Below are positions 1-13,200 of a stretch of 60,000 nucleotides of DNA, piece by piece. The stretch spans positions 15,936,001-15,996,000 of the forward strand of contig CM097885.1 of the NCBI GenBank assembly GCA_044892525.1, given 5' to 3'. Position 1 is the stretch's first letter; every line of letters begins with the position of its first letter. The position numbers and the translations under genes are program-made. Source of the stretch: Schmidtea polychroa. Its lineage: Eukaryota. The notes under the pieces were generated by a model, which ran no database searches, was not told the DNA's origin, and saw nothing but the letters and a program-made list of their open reading frames with translations.

Positions 1-384
1 TCATCATTAATTCATATTCATACACAAGGTAACACCACAGGTAATACTTAGCTAAATATTCTATGCGAATGATTCTTCCTTTCCTAATATTGACGTTTGT
101 AGGCTACGGAATAAGTGATATGCAATTATATTTCTGTCATTGTTGATATAATCTGTAGCCCCCATTCCCTCCATTTATCATGTCAGTTAGTGTCAAATAC
201 TTTATTCAGCAATGGCATAAAATCCTTCATTCAATAAACAAATATTGAAAACTAAATAAAACAAGCGTTTCCAAAGCATTTATCACACGGGGCATGGATA
301 TAGATGAATGCTACTGACGCCCTGTGATCTATTCCTTCAACTTTTACACATTCGCTATTGTAGGAAAAACTCTTGATAGAGTCC

Positions 385-3300
385 CCTAATAAGTCACGTC
401 ACAATGTATCAATGAGTTCGATGACACAACAAAGAACAATGAAAGATGAACACGGTTACTGCGGAATGGCATCTGAATGGTCCTGACAATTGCTCAATGG
501 TGTCCATTAATTGGATTAATATTAAAAAATAAAAAACAAATGTTTCATTTTTTGCTGAACCTGCTGTGACCGAATTCTGTGCCATATTTATGTACATGCA
601 TCAAAACAAACACCCTCCAGCACATCCACAGTCGCATGCACCAGCACATGAACCAGCACATGCACCAGCACATGCACCAGCACAGTGAACTACAATTTGA
701 TAGAATCAATTAAAATTAAGTTTCAATTAGGCATTGTATTGATCACAGATTTCATAAAATTATACAAATATTCGTTACAATTTAATTTTTTATTGTGTTA
801 AATCTAATCCAATTTATCAATATTGGTTTGTGCTTTTGACATTTTATCATTGCACCTATGTCACAATAAAATGTGAAAATGTCAATATGGGGCTCACAGG
901 AACCTTGTACACATTTGAAAATGTCAGACAAATATTTGTAACCATAACGAGATCATTAGATCAATATATATGCATTTTATGAAAAATATTTATTTTTATA
1001 TTTTGATATATTTTTAATTTGTATTTAAATTTGTATTTAAAATTTTACATTTCGTTATAAAATTATAATTTAAATAATTTTGTAATATTTAAAATAAATG
1101 AGAAAAAAATTAACATTAATAATAAGGCTAAAATACAATATTTATAAAATGTTTGTTTATCTACATCAAAATACAAATTATAAATATTGAAATTGTCAAC
1201 GTCAGCGGAAATAATTAATATAATAAGTATGATTTATGATTGTTGTGAAATAATGAAATATTTTGAAAATTTTGTTAATTTTAGATAAAATGTTTGCAAG
1301 CGTATGGGAAATGATGAAGAGGAATAAATTTGAATTTGATAATGAAATCAGCAGTGAATTGATATGCAGAATTTGCAAGGTTTTAATGATAAAAGCTTGC
1401 AATGCTCCTTGCGGTTGTGGCTTTTGTTCTGATTGCATTGAACAGTATTTGGATGGAAAAGATAAATTCTGTCCAGGAGCAGGAAAACATTGTGGAAAGA
1501 AAATGATCAATTTCAAAAAAGATGTTTCTGAAGATCACGCAGCCAATTTAAGGATTTCAGAAGTGATAGTGAGATGCCCAATGCAAAATTGTCAATTCAA
1601 AGATGAATTAGAGGTGATGGAGAGCCACATGAGAACATGCAACAAGCAACCAATGAAATGTCCATTCAATAGAATCGGATGCGAAATGAATGAGGTGGTA
1701 AAGGATGAAATGAAAGTCCATCTCAATGAGAACACTGAAGGCCATAGCAAATTATTGATCGATCAGATCAGTAATCTATGCAATGAGATGCAAGCAATGA
1801 GACACGAGAATGTGACATTGCGTAATGAAATTATCAATATTAATGTAAAATTTTATTTGTAATTAATTTAATTGATATTTGTGATTGTAGGTGAAACTGG
1901 CCAATCTTGAAAGGAAAGAGGCGGAGAACAGAGGAGAAATAGAAGAATTAAATGAGGAAATGGTGGCATTGAAGAATGAGAATCGTTCATTGAGAATGGA
2001 GATGGAGACAAATATTGGATCAATCAATCAAGTTTGATTATTGATTTGATTTACTATTGATTTTGTTATTGATGCAAAGCAGGTCAGACAACAAATTGAA
2101 ATGAATGAATCAAAATGTCAACAGCAAATTGATGAGATGAAAGAGAAATGCGAGCAGCGGCTGCAACAGGGGAATGAAAAGGTGATTTATTGATTTATTG
2201 ACGTGTTTGAATTTGAGATTCAGCTGCAGCTTGAAATGGCGAAATGCGCCAATGAAATTCGCCAGATTGAAACAAAATTAGCAAATGAAAAATATATAAA
2301 TTACGGATTTTTTGAATGGCAAATCGATAAATTTTCACAACAAAAGAGAGGTGAAAATATTTACAGCGAGGCATTTTATTCCGGGCCAATCGGTTACAAA
2401 ATGTGCTTGTGGGTGAGCATTTGGGGTGATTGGGTTGCGGCTGGTTTCTGTTTGATGCGTGGGGCAAATGATGAGCAATTGGATTGGCCGTTCAATCAAT
2501 CCGTGACAATCGATGTGATCGATCCAGCAAATGGCAGCATTTATATGAGCAAGTCAATGAAATATTCAGATTGCCCTGGTGCAGCCGGATGGAGGAAACC
2601 GTCACAAGACAGAAATGATCCAATTGACATTTATTATGATTATCCTGATGCCATCTCAATCAATAAATTAGCAGCCAGAAGTGATAAATTGCTGCTCAGG
2701 TGCAGAATTGAAAAATTATGACAAATTTAAAAAAACATTTCAATAAAGAATTTATTTTGGGTTTTGATTTGTTTTATTGTTTGCCTTTTTTTATTATATT
2801 TTTATTATATTTATTATATGAGATAATTATTGTGGTAATTATTGCCATTCTCGCCTTCCATCCGATATCATCATCACGTGGCGGAGCGCGCACAGCAAAT
2901 GCCAATTGCAATATCAACATCAATTATATAATTAAATAAAAGCAATTTAATTAAATCAAAAACATTTAATATAAATTAATTTGAATAATTATTATAATTA
3001 AATTAATAATTAATTTGAAAGAAATGAAATTAAAATTCACCCGAATATAAGCGCTGACAAATCGCCTCAACAAATCAAGCGCTCCTATGACGAGTGGAAC
3101 TGACGAGAAAACCGCCGCTGATGTTATATGAGTTGTGGATAAATTATTGCTGTACTGAATGGCAGTAAAATGCACCTAAATGCAATACTAACACTGCGTT
3201 ATATCAAATTGATAAATGCCTTAACATTTCGCCAGCTATTTGTGAGGCATTTAAACGGAAATCCGCAACAACAATACTGATCAAATGTTCTAAATTTGCT

Positions 3301-5030
3301 TTCACATCTGTTTTGATAAGTTTACCAAAATTAGAGCTGTCGATTCGATGAGGGCAATCAATGCTTTCTAAACTCTATAACATTCTGTTACGAATTCTTT
3401 TAATAATTAAACGAATTACTTTATTTAATCTTTCATAAAATTTAGATTTACTAATAATATTATTGTTAATATAATAATAATAATAATTGCATTTGTACTG
3501 AGATCCTTTTCAAGAGCTTTTGACCTGATTTAATATTAAATAATGTAACATTTCATAAATTTATTCACTTTTTCATTCGTTAAATTTTCAAATACAATAT
3601 TATTTAAACAAAAAAAGATTTCATGTAAATTAATATTTAAATTCACAAATTTGATAAATTTTATGAATGCATTTTACTTATTAACAAACAACGAAATTTA
3701 TTTTGAAATCTTGAAATTTTAGGAAATTTATAAATTAGGTTTCAAAGTGAAGTTGAGTCCAATACGTAATCTACATCAATACCTTGGGGTGATAAGTGAC
3801 GGTTATGGGGTTTAAGGGGGGTCATTTAAAAAATTTATAAATTATAATCTGAAATTAAACGTAGTTGAGCATACATAATAAAGTAATTTACATTATTGAA
3901 GTTGGTACTTGAATGATGGTCAAATTACTTGAGGAGGTCATAAATAAATTATAATTTTAAAATTCAAAATTTAAGCTAGACATTTATAAGTAAACAATTT
4001 ACATTAATGCATTTAGGATGAAATTAGTAGTGGTAGCACTTTAGGGGGTGATAAATAAATTTTGTAAATTATAGTGTTAGAATAAAAATTTAGGTCACAA
4101 GCAACTTACATTAATACATTTTAGATGAAATTAGTAGTGGTGGCACTTTTGGGGGGTCAAAAATAAAATTTGTAAATTAATATTTTGATTCTCAAATACA
4201 AGATGAATAAATATATAGATGATCTATATTAGTGAAATTCTTAATAAGTAGATGACTCCTAGCAATACACGAAGCAATCAAACACTTCCAACAAGGACGA
4301 AACTTTAAAATATTCACAGATCACAAACCGCTAACTAACGCAATCGAAATGAAGAATCCCTCACCAAGGCAGATTAGACAAATCAACTTCATTTTACAAT
4401 TCAACTTCACAATAAACTACGTAGCGGGAAAATCAAACATGGCAGCTGTCGCTCTATCAAGAAACGAAAGTGACATAAACTCCCTGGAATTCGAAAAGAT
4501 AATAGCACGACGTCTCTAACGAAAGCAACAAACGAATATTACTCCCGGAGGAATTCTGCGAAAACTGTATCGAGAAGATGCACAAGATCAATCATTCAGG
4601 AAACAAAGTAACATTCGAACTAATACACAACAATTATATATGGCCTAACATGCGGAAAGACGTCAAAAACTACGTCAAGAGAGTTCACAGCTGCCAGTTA
4701 AACAAAACAACAAAAAAACTCAAACCTCAAAAAGTAAACTTCCCAAGCAGCAAAGTCTTCGAAACAATGCACACAGATATGGTAGGACCACTACCACCAA
4801 ACGACAACTACAAATACCTGCTGACAATTATAGACAGGAAGTCCAACTGGTTCGAAGTAATCTCAATAAAAGAAATCACCGCAAAAAATAAATGTGAAAT
4901 GGTCGAATTAAATTGAATAGCTCGTTATGGTCAACCGTAAACAATTATAACCGATCAAGGCAGACAGTTCGAATCAGAAATGTTCAAAATACTCTGCAAC
5001 AAATACAACATCAAAAGGAACCGAACAACA
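385..5030. repeat. Segmental duplication unit (TRAF gene, flanks, Gypsy fragment), paralogous to about 29005-33395
   Basis: Collinear high identity from cctaataagtcacgtcacaatg through the TRAF gene, 3' flank and Gypsy RNaseH/integrase fragment; boundaries approximate. Confidence 0.8.
1290..2721 (+). CDS. TRAF-like protein copy 1 (RING, TRAF zinc fingers, coiled coil, MATH); predicted exons 1290-1844, 1891-2031, 2083-2181, 2224-2721
   Basis: CRICKVLMIKACNAPCGCGFCSDC...CP RING; CPMQNC..H..C and CPFNRIGC zinc fingers; MATH motifs FEWQID, SEAFYSGPIGYKMCL, LMRGANDEQLDWPF; three in-frame GT-AG introns of 46, 51 and 42 bp. Confidence 0.88.
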
Positions 5031-5500
5031 GCTAACAACCCACAATCAAACGGAAAAAAGAGCGGTTCCACAGACATTAAAAGAAAGCATATGAACAAAA
5101 GCCAATGATCAAAATTGGTTAAATAATCTACTAATCGGACTGAAAAATAGTCCAAACTCAATAGATAATGAAAGTCCAGCAGTCAAGGTGTTCGGAAAAG
5201 CAACAAATTTACCATTACTCAAAAACAAAACAGCAGATAACACAGAAACAAACAAACAAACAACTAACAATAACAAAGGAAAAACAGATAAAAAACACAA
5301 AAGGAATTTTAAAAAGGAGACCGGACTCCGAATTGGATGGGAAAACAGTACTAACAACATATTTTTATTTCATCATAATAAAGAAACCATTCACAAAAGG
5401 TTTCGAATCTAAATACGAAGGTCCATTCAAACTCTTAGAAATTAACAAAAACATCGCTACAATAATCAAAAAAACAACAAAATGAAAATAAACATATGAC
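4256..5500 (+). mobile_element. Degenerate Ty3/Gypsy pol fragment (RNase H end, integrase)
   Basis: FTDHKPL, HSG...YIWPNMRKDV..YV...CQ, HTDMVGPLP, ITDQGRQFES, KYEGPF; frameshifts and stops. Confidence 0.85.
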
Positions 5501-5942
5501 GAATAAAACCCTATCCCCTGAACGAAAACCCACAAAACAATCCACCAGAAAACAAAACACAAACACAAACGAAAACACAACCAATTCATAAAAACATCAC
5601 ATTTAACCACAAAACCTCAATCAAACTATTTGACAAAGATACAATAATTACACCCTTATACAAAAAACGATACAGCGATTGCCTTAAATAAAACACCCAC
5701 AAAAAAAGTAAAAATAACAAAACACACTCACAAACAATACTAATTGTACAGTTTTTTTTATCAATTTCGTTGTATATATAGAGTAAATTGTAAATTTTTT
5801 GTTTTATCCAGTTTATAGATACAAAGGAACAGAAACCAAATACATAAAAACATATAATACATACTAAAAAAAGGTTATTGAATGTAATTTTTTCGTTACC
5901 TTTAATTGATTCATGTTAAGCTCCGGTTTTAAAGGGGGAAGT

Positions 5943-6478
5943 TGTGTAATGTACAGTTATATATTTTATTTATTTTTAAACAAGGTTTTGCCACGCCTTG
6001 TTATTTTATTGAGTGTAGATCGCAATGGAAAAAGAATAAAAAATACTATATAGCGATAATTTACTATGGTAAATACAAATATCGACAAATCCCAACGTTT
6101 CAATCAAAAAGAAATTCATTCTATAATATTTATTCTACCATCCGTTATTTCTTTCAAACGTCAAAAGAAGATGCTCGAATTAATCCAAGAAAGTAAATTC
6201 GCCGAAATTAACGAAGGATTACCATTCGTTCCCTCTCTAACGTTTTACAATTTTTATTTAAATAAAGTTGGATTTTTAAATTGTTCATTGGTTCATAAAA
6301 CTAATTTATTTTAACAAAACTTTGGTGATTTCTTTGCAATACTATCTAAATTGTTCTTCTATTCGTTTTTATTCGCTTGTTCATATAACTAATTTTATTT
6401 TAATAATACTTTTGTGATTTCGTTTTATTACTGCCTAGATTTTATTTTGTCTACTCATAGTCATAAAATCCCTACACA
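5943..6478 (+). mobile_element. Probable 3' LTR of the upstream Gypsy fragment
   Basis: Purine tract aaagggggaag immediately upstream; termini TGTGTA...TACACA are inverted repeats. Confidence 0.5.
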
Positions 6479-6579
6479 ACACGCACCCCGATTGTCCCGC
6501 CACATTTTTAACGGTGATTCTATCGGGCTCTCCAGATTTCCTCACACATACACACTCACTATGACGAATATAATATAGG

Positions 6580-8690
6580 TAGAGTTTCCAAAATATCCGG
6601 TTTTTTAGTATCCACGAATACCGCTTTTCATTATTCGAAAACCGCGGTTAACCGGTCGGATACGGATATTTTGGAAAAAGCTAATTTAAAAAAGAAAAGA
6701 TAAAAAAAAACTCGAAAAATTGTCAATTTAAGATGAAAATTTATTCACTTTTTTTCATTTATATACAAATATTTTAGAAAAACTAAGCAATTTAGAGATT
6801 AATCAGATAAATGGGTTCAAAGTTTACCACAAAAGTGGGAGGAAACGGAGAAAGTCCTTTCGGCTTCGTTTGATGATGGCTTTATTGTTGTTAAGGCTTC
6901 AAATAATTTTTCAAGTTTTCAGGCCTTTGAACTGTTTTCTTAAATATCATAAAGTCATCGTTGATGTTTAAGTTGGATTTTTGAAAATTTCCGCAAGTAA
7001 CATAATTAATTGCAGTATCAAGCTCTGCTTCCAACGAAACTGGTGCATCCGTGTTCAAATCTACATGTTTTGGTGAAGATGAAGGTGACATGATGAAGAA
7101 GATTCAAAAAGTCTAGCAAACAGATTAAATGCAAATTCCAAAACAATTTTTGATGGTTTTATAGAGTTATTGGTGAGGCATGCCAGAGTATCAATAATGG
7201 TAGAGTGTTCTCGTTCTTTCATCCGTCGTTCGATATTTAATTTTAATGTACTACAGATCACGTCATTACATTCATTCAATATGTTGTACAGAAAAGTCAT
7301 CGCTCCTTTTGCTGTTAATAAATTGGCGTCTTGTCTCCCCAATGTTTCAACAGCTAATGTTAATGGTTTTATTGCATTCATTAAGCTGCACAATTTTTCG
7401 AAATCTATTCCAGATACTAGGTGAAGTGCATTTAATTCGATCAGCGTGTTTTGAATTGGAATTTGAACTCTGAGTAGTTTTTCTAACATAGGATGAATAG
7501 AGTTCCACCTGTGTTTCAGATTTTTTTGTATGTCGACATCTTCATTATCTGCGAATTCTTCTTCATTAACATCATCGAAAAATTCATTGTCTTGGAAGTC
7601 GTCATCATCTTCTTCTTCTATAATGTCAACATCATTTGATTCAAAAACTTTCTTTTAATAAAATGTTTCAATTACCGCCAAATGCAGCCCTTGACATAAA
7701 CATAACTGTGATTCAGATGGACAATCTGAACCATACTTCACCATTACCCTGGCACCATCATTTGTAGTACAAACAATGTCGTTTTGGAACGAAAAATTAA
7801 ACAACTCTAAATGCTTGGTTACAATTTCAAACACTACAGCTGCAGTACACGAACCAGTAGCTCTCACCAAACCTAGATTGTTGCAATTTCCATTATTTCC
7901 ATGTTCATTAATATTAATAATGCGACGATTTCGTGCACTTACCCACTCATCAAGGGTTATACTAAACTTACTATATCATTCTAAATTGTTGTTAATTTTT
8001 TTATTCCCTCTTTTTTTCTATTTCGAATTCAGTATCAGTTATATCCTCTGTCTACAATAGATTGTCTGATAAACTTGAAATTTGTAATTGCACGAATTGT
8101 TATTCCGTTTTCAGCAGCTAATCTTGAAACAATCTCACTTAAACTTTGCCGTTTAACAAAATCCATCATCGTATTTCCTTTGATTTTCTTGAAGTTTTGC
8201 TCTTGCTCACCCAAAACGGATTCATCATTATCCCGTTTACAATAGATTTGTGTACCATTTTCAGATGGTTTAGCATACCACCCGTGTTTCCATTACTATT
8301 TGAAATAAAAACTATTTACTTTAAAAACTGAACTTTGGCAAATTTTTTATTGGTAGAAGGAATTTTTAAAAATATTCCCAAACAGGAGCTGATGGTGCCA
8401 TGGGCTAAATAGTAGTACAATATAAATTTAATACAAGTTTTACGGTAAAAAATAAATTAATCATAATTACCTGTGATTATTTTCAATTCTTTGATTTGAG
8501 AGCTTTTAACAATTTCGCAATAACTAATTATATCGATTTTTCATTCTATTTAAAATTTTATTCTATACATAATTTAAAATAATTTTCACTATCCGGTAAT
8601 CGCGAGTGTATTTGAGCGGATACCGAATACGGATTTTTGTCTGCAAATTCGCGGATATCGGATACGGATTATCCGAACTGTCAAACTCTA
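6580..8690 (-). mobile_element. Full-length hAT DNA transposon with decayed transposase
   Basis: TIR TAGAGTTT/AAACTCTA; exact 8-bp TSD AATATAGG; minus-strand fragments MAPSAPVWEYF (BED region), TNDGARVM...CLCQGLHLAV and a C-terminal dimerisation remnant. Confidence 0.9.
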
Positions 8691-10021
8691 AATATAGGCT
8701 ATATATTACACGTATAGAATACAATATCACCGAAATAACACACATAGAATATAATACACCGAAACCTCCAGCTATAATATAATAACTGGTATAATAATAG
8801 CTATAATAGGGATGATCATTGCCGTGGTCGTTGCCAACGGTAGACAACCCAAATCCACTAGGTATTCATCATCATCTACTTGCCTACCATGGACCATTAT
8901 CAGGTATATACCTGTAGTTTTATCGGTAGCAATCACATCTCTCCTCAATATTCTGACTTTGATATAACAGTTAAAAATCATTGTTAATGGTTCTTTTCCA
9001 ACCATTCGCACGTCCAGATTAATGTTGCCTTGATTGTTAGGCTGACTTCGGATTGTTTTCCCATTTCTCCTCATCAACGCTTCGATTTGCGTCTGAAATG
9101 GGCTTGTTTCTTTTACCACTGGTAGTATAATTGGAATTATTGCTACCAACAAATCTACTGGTATTCGTAATACTAACATCCAGTCTAGTATTTCTTTTAT
9201 GGTTTCTCCGTCTCATGGAGAATTTTGTAATTCTAACCCTTGTCGTTGGGATAATTGTTGAGTTTCCTCCAATCTCTCAATTTCCATCTAAGTAATTAAG
9301 AATATACTGTCTTGATACATTACCGCCACTGGCTTCGGTGCTGTCTTTGTTGTGAGCTTCGTCACTCTACCGAGGAGTATCCCGTTCTGTAGAAGTGTTT
9401 GGTTTGCTTCTAGTTTTATTCCACATAAGTACAAGTCATATCATTGATGCTTAATACTTGTCAATGTCTCTGTTAATTTATCTGCTCGACATCTTGCATT
9501 TATATCGAGAATATACTCTTTATCCTGAGGGAGTTTTATATTGAGCTAAGCATCTTGGAGATCTCACTCATTCTCCATGATTTCTTCTAATATCCTTAGG
9601 ATTTTATATGTGTCGTTATGATGCATTGGGTCATCTTCAATCTGCGATATCAGCTTCACTAATGTATCAATGAAAAATATTTATTTTGATATATTTTTAA
9701 TTTGTATTTGTCGTTAAAAATGTTAAAATTTTACATTTCTGTATCAAATTGTAATTTAAATAATTTTGTAATATTTAAAATAAATAAGAAAAAAATTAGC
9801 ATTAATAATATTTTGAATTGCTCTAAAAGCTAAAGAACAATATTTATAAAATGTTTGTTTCTCTACTTCAAAATACAAATTATAAATATTGAAATTGTAA
9901 ACGTCAGAGGAAATAATTAATATAATAAGTATGATTATTGAAATGTTGTAAAATGTTGAAATATTTTGATAATTTTGTTAATTTTAGAGTTAATTTTATA
10001 GTTTGTTAATTTTATAGTTAA

Positions 10022-11618
10022 ATGTTGGCAAGCGTATGGGAAATGATGAAGAGGAAAGAATTTGAATTTGATAATGAAATCAGCAGTGAATTGATATGCA
10101 GAATTTGCAAATGTTTAATGATAAAAGCTTGCCATGCTCCTTGCGTTTGTGGCTTTTGTTCTGATTGCATTGAAAATTATTTGGATGGAAAAGATAAATT
10201 CTGTCCAGGAGCAGCAAAACATTGTAGAAAGAAAATGATCAATTTCAATAAAGATGTTTCTGAAGATCATGCAGCTAATTTAAGGATTTCAGAAGTGGTA
10301 GTGAGATTCCCAATGCAAAATTGTCAATTTAAAGATGAATTAGAGGTGATGGAGAGCCACATGAGAACATGCAACAAGCAACCAATAAAATGTTTATTCA
10401 ATAGAATCGGATGCGAAATGAATGAGGTGGTAAAGGATGAAATGAAAGTCCATCTCATTGAGAACACTGAAGGCCATAGCAAATTATTGATTGATCAGAT
10501 CAGTAATTTGTGCAATGAGATGCAAGCAATGAGAGACGAGAATGTGACATTGTGTAATGAAATTATCAATATCAATGTAAAATTGTATTTGCAATTAATT
10601 TTATTGATATTTAGGATTGGAGGTGAAATTGTGCAATATTGAAAAGAAAGAGACTGAAAACAGAGAAGATATAGAAGAATTGAATGAGGAAATGGTGGCA
10701 TTGAAGAATGAGAACCGCTCATTGAGAATGGATATGGAGACAAATATTGGATCAATCAATCAGGTTTGATTATTGATTTGATTTGATATTGATATGTTAT
10801 TGATGGAAAGCAGGTCAGACAGCAAATTGAAGTGATTGAATCAAAATGTCAGCAGCAAATTGATGAGATGAAAGAGAAATGCGAGCAGCGGCTGCAACAG
10901 GTGAATGAAAAGGTGATTTATTGATTTATTGAAATGTTTGAATTTGAGATTCAGTTGCAGCTTGAAATGGCGAAATGTGCCAATGAAATTCGGCGGAATG
11001 AAACAAAATGTCAACAGCAAATTGATGAGATGAAAGAGAAATACGAGCAGCGGTTGCAACAGGCGAATGAAAAGGTGATTTATTGATTTATTGACATATT
11101 TGAATTTGAGATTCAGTTGCAGCTTGAAATGGCGAAATGTACCTATGAAATTCGGCAGATTGAAACAAAATTAGCAAATGAAAAATATGTAAATTACGGA
11201 TTTTTTGAATGGGAAATCGATAAATTTTCACAACAAAAGAGAAGTAAAAATATTTACAACAAAAGCGTTTTTTTCGGGACTAATCGGTTACAAAATTTGC
11301 TTGTGGGTGCTGATTGATGGTAATTGGGGTATTGGGGCTGGTTTCTGTTTGGTGCGTGGGGCAAATGATGAGCAATTGGATTGGCCGTTCAATCAATCCG
11401 TGACAATCGATGTGATCGATCCAGCAAATGGCAACATTTATATGAGGAAGTCAATGAAATATTCAGATAGCCCTCTTGATGCAGCTGGATGGAGGAAACC
11501 TTCACACGACAGAAATAATTCAATTGGTATTTATTATTATCCTGATGCCAGCTCAATCTATAAATTAGCAGCCAAAAGTAATAAATTGCTGCTCAGGAGC
11601 AGAATTGAAAAATTATGA
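10022..11618 (+). pseudogene. TRAF-like copy 2, frameshifted in the MATH domain
   Basis: Paralog of copy 1 with one extra coiled-coil exon; frameshift near 11258-11275; zinc-finger Cys lost (CPMQ to FPMQ); weak acceptor ttggag. Confidence 0.8.
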
Positions 11619-11619
11619 C

Positions 11620-13200
11620 AAATTTAAAAAAACATTTATATAAAAAATTGATTTATTTTGGGTTTTGATTTGTTTTATTATTTGCCTTTTTATTATAGCA
11701 AATTGCCGATTGCAATATCAATAATATTGCAAAATCAAAAATATTTAATATAAATAATTATTTTAATTAAATTAATAATTAATTTGAAATTAAATTTAAA
11801 TTCACCCGATTATAAGCGCTGACAAATCGCCTCAACAAATCAAACGCTCCTATGACGAGTGAAACCGACGAGAAAACCGCCGCTGATGTTATATGAGTTT
11901 TGGAGAAATTATTGTTGCATTGAATGGCAATAAAATGCACTTAAATGCAATACTAAAACTGTTATATCAAATTGATAAATGCCTTAACATTTCACTAGCT
12001 ATTTCTGAGGCATTTAAACGGAAATCCGCAACAGCAATGCTGACAAAATGTTCGAAAATTGCTTTCACATCTGTTTGGGTAGTAATTGTATTTGTACTGA
12101 GATCCTTTTTAAGTGCTAGTGACCTGATTTAATATTAAATAATGTAACATTTCATAAATTTATTCACTTTTTCATTCGCTAAATTTTCAAATTAAAACAA
12201 AAAAAGATTTCATGTAAATTAATATTTAAATTCACAAATTTTGATACATTTTATGAATGAATTTTACTTATTAACAAACAACGAAATTTATCTTGAAATC
12301 TTGAAAATATTTTGGAATTATTTGAAAATATTATTCACTTATTTGAAATTATTTTGGAACCTGGATTAATTAGGTACATCAGAAGTTGAAGGTTGTTAAA
12401 GTCAAACTTACAAGTTTTGGGATCAGTGGCTTAACCAATGAGGTGGGTTAAGGGGGTTAAACCTCCCATTGGTTTTTAATTGTACAAATATTTGTCGATG
12501 TCAAGTGCCTAAAAGATCATCCATCTACATAAGAAAAAAACAAGACACTTACTATATTTTATTGTAAATATAATACTGTGACATATGTCTGTACTTTGTA
12601 GTCTATACTCTCAGTTAAATTTTATTTTGGCTATTTTTTTCTGATGTTCAATACGTATCTCCGTACTTTATGGAGTAAGCGAATGACGTCATTATTACAG
12701 ACACCCCTATCATGAAGGTCTTAGTGCCTTCGACACCCTCAAAAGTCAACGCTTGAAATGATTGACCATATTATTAATAAATATTTCTCAACTCCAATCC
12801 CCTCACATTCATAAATTCCTGGTTACGTTGGAATATTAAGAGTTTTGGTTGGCAAATAACTCAGAATTTGGCAAGTATGTTTTTTTAATGTCTTAGTAAC
12901 TGATAGATTTATCATTAGCTCTTACTTAAACGCCTCAATGGATATTTTACATTTTACCATAAATATACCCATGCCAACCACCTTATTTCGAATGTACACA
13001 GTAGTTGAAAATCATTTAGCAGGTGAGCTCAATTTAGAAAGATGGGTTACGAGTTGGGAGAACAATTTATGCTTATCCTTGCAAATGTAGGCCTTTTCCT
13101 GCCGTTGCTTACACTTTACCGTATTTCATTCGTAACTCCGCATAACTATTGATTTTACCGCTAAATGCCCATCGCAAGCGACACTGGTGTTTTAATTTAG
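11620..13200. repeat. 3' flank of TRAF copy 2, largely duplicated at about 57460-59040
   Basis: Collinear similarity (ggtacatcagaagttgaag, cagtggcttaacca, gatgggttacgagttg, taccgctaaatgcccatc). Confidence 0.75.

Noticed and set aside
1202..1516. Antisense ORFs over the TRAF, DUSP, Gag and integrase genes
   Set aside because: Shadow frames of real coding sequence with no independent features
2165..2185. Apparent GT/GC/GG variable splice donor after CAACAG in the TRAF copies
   Set aside because: A conserved in-frame AAG/GTGATT donor lies 12 nt downstream in every copy
8700..9660. Possible gag-like decayed coding sequence on the minus strand (also 13200-13560 and 33400-34250)
   Set aside because: No diagnostic motif could be read with confidence
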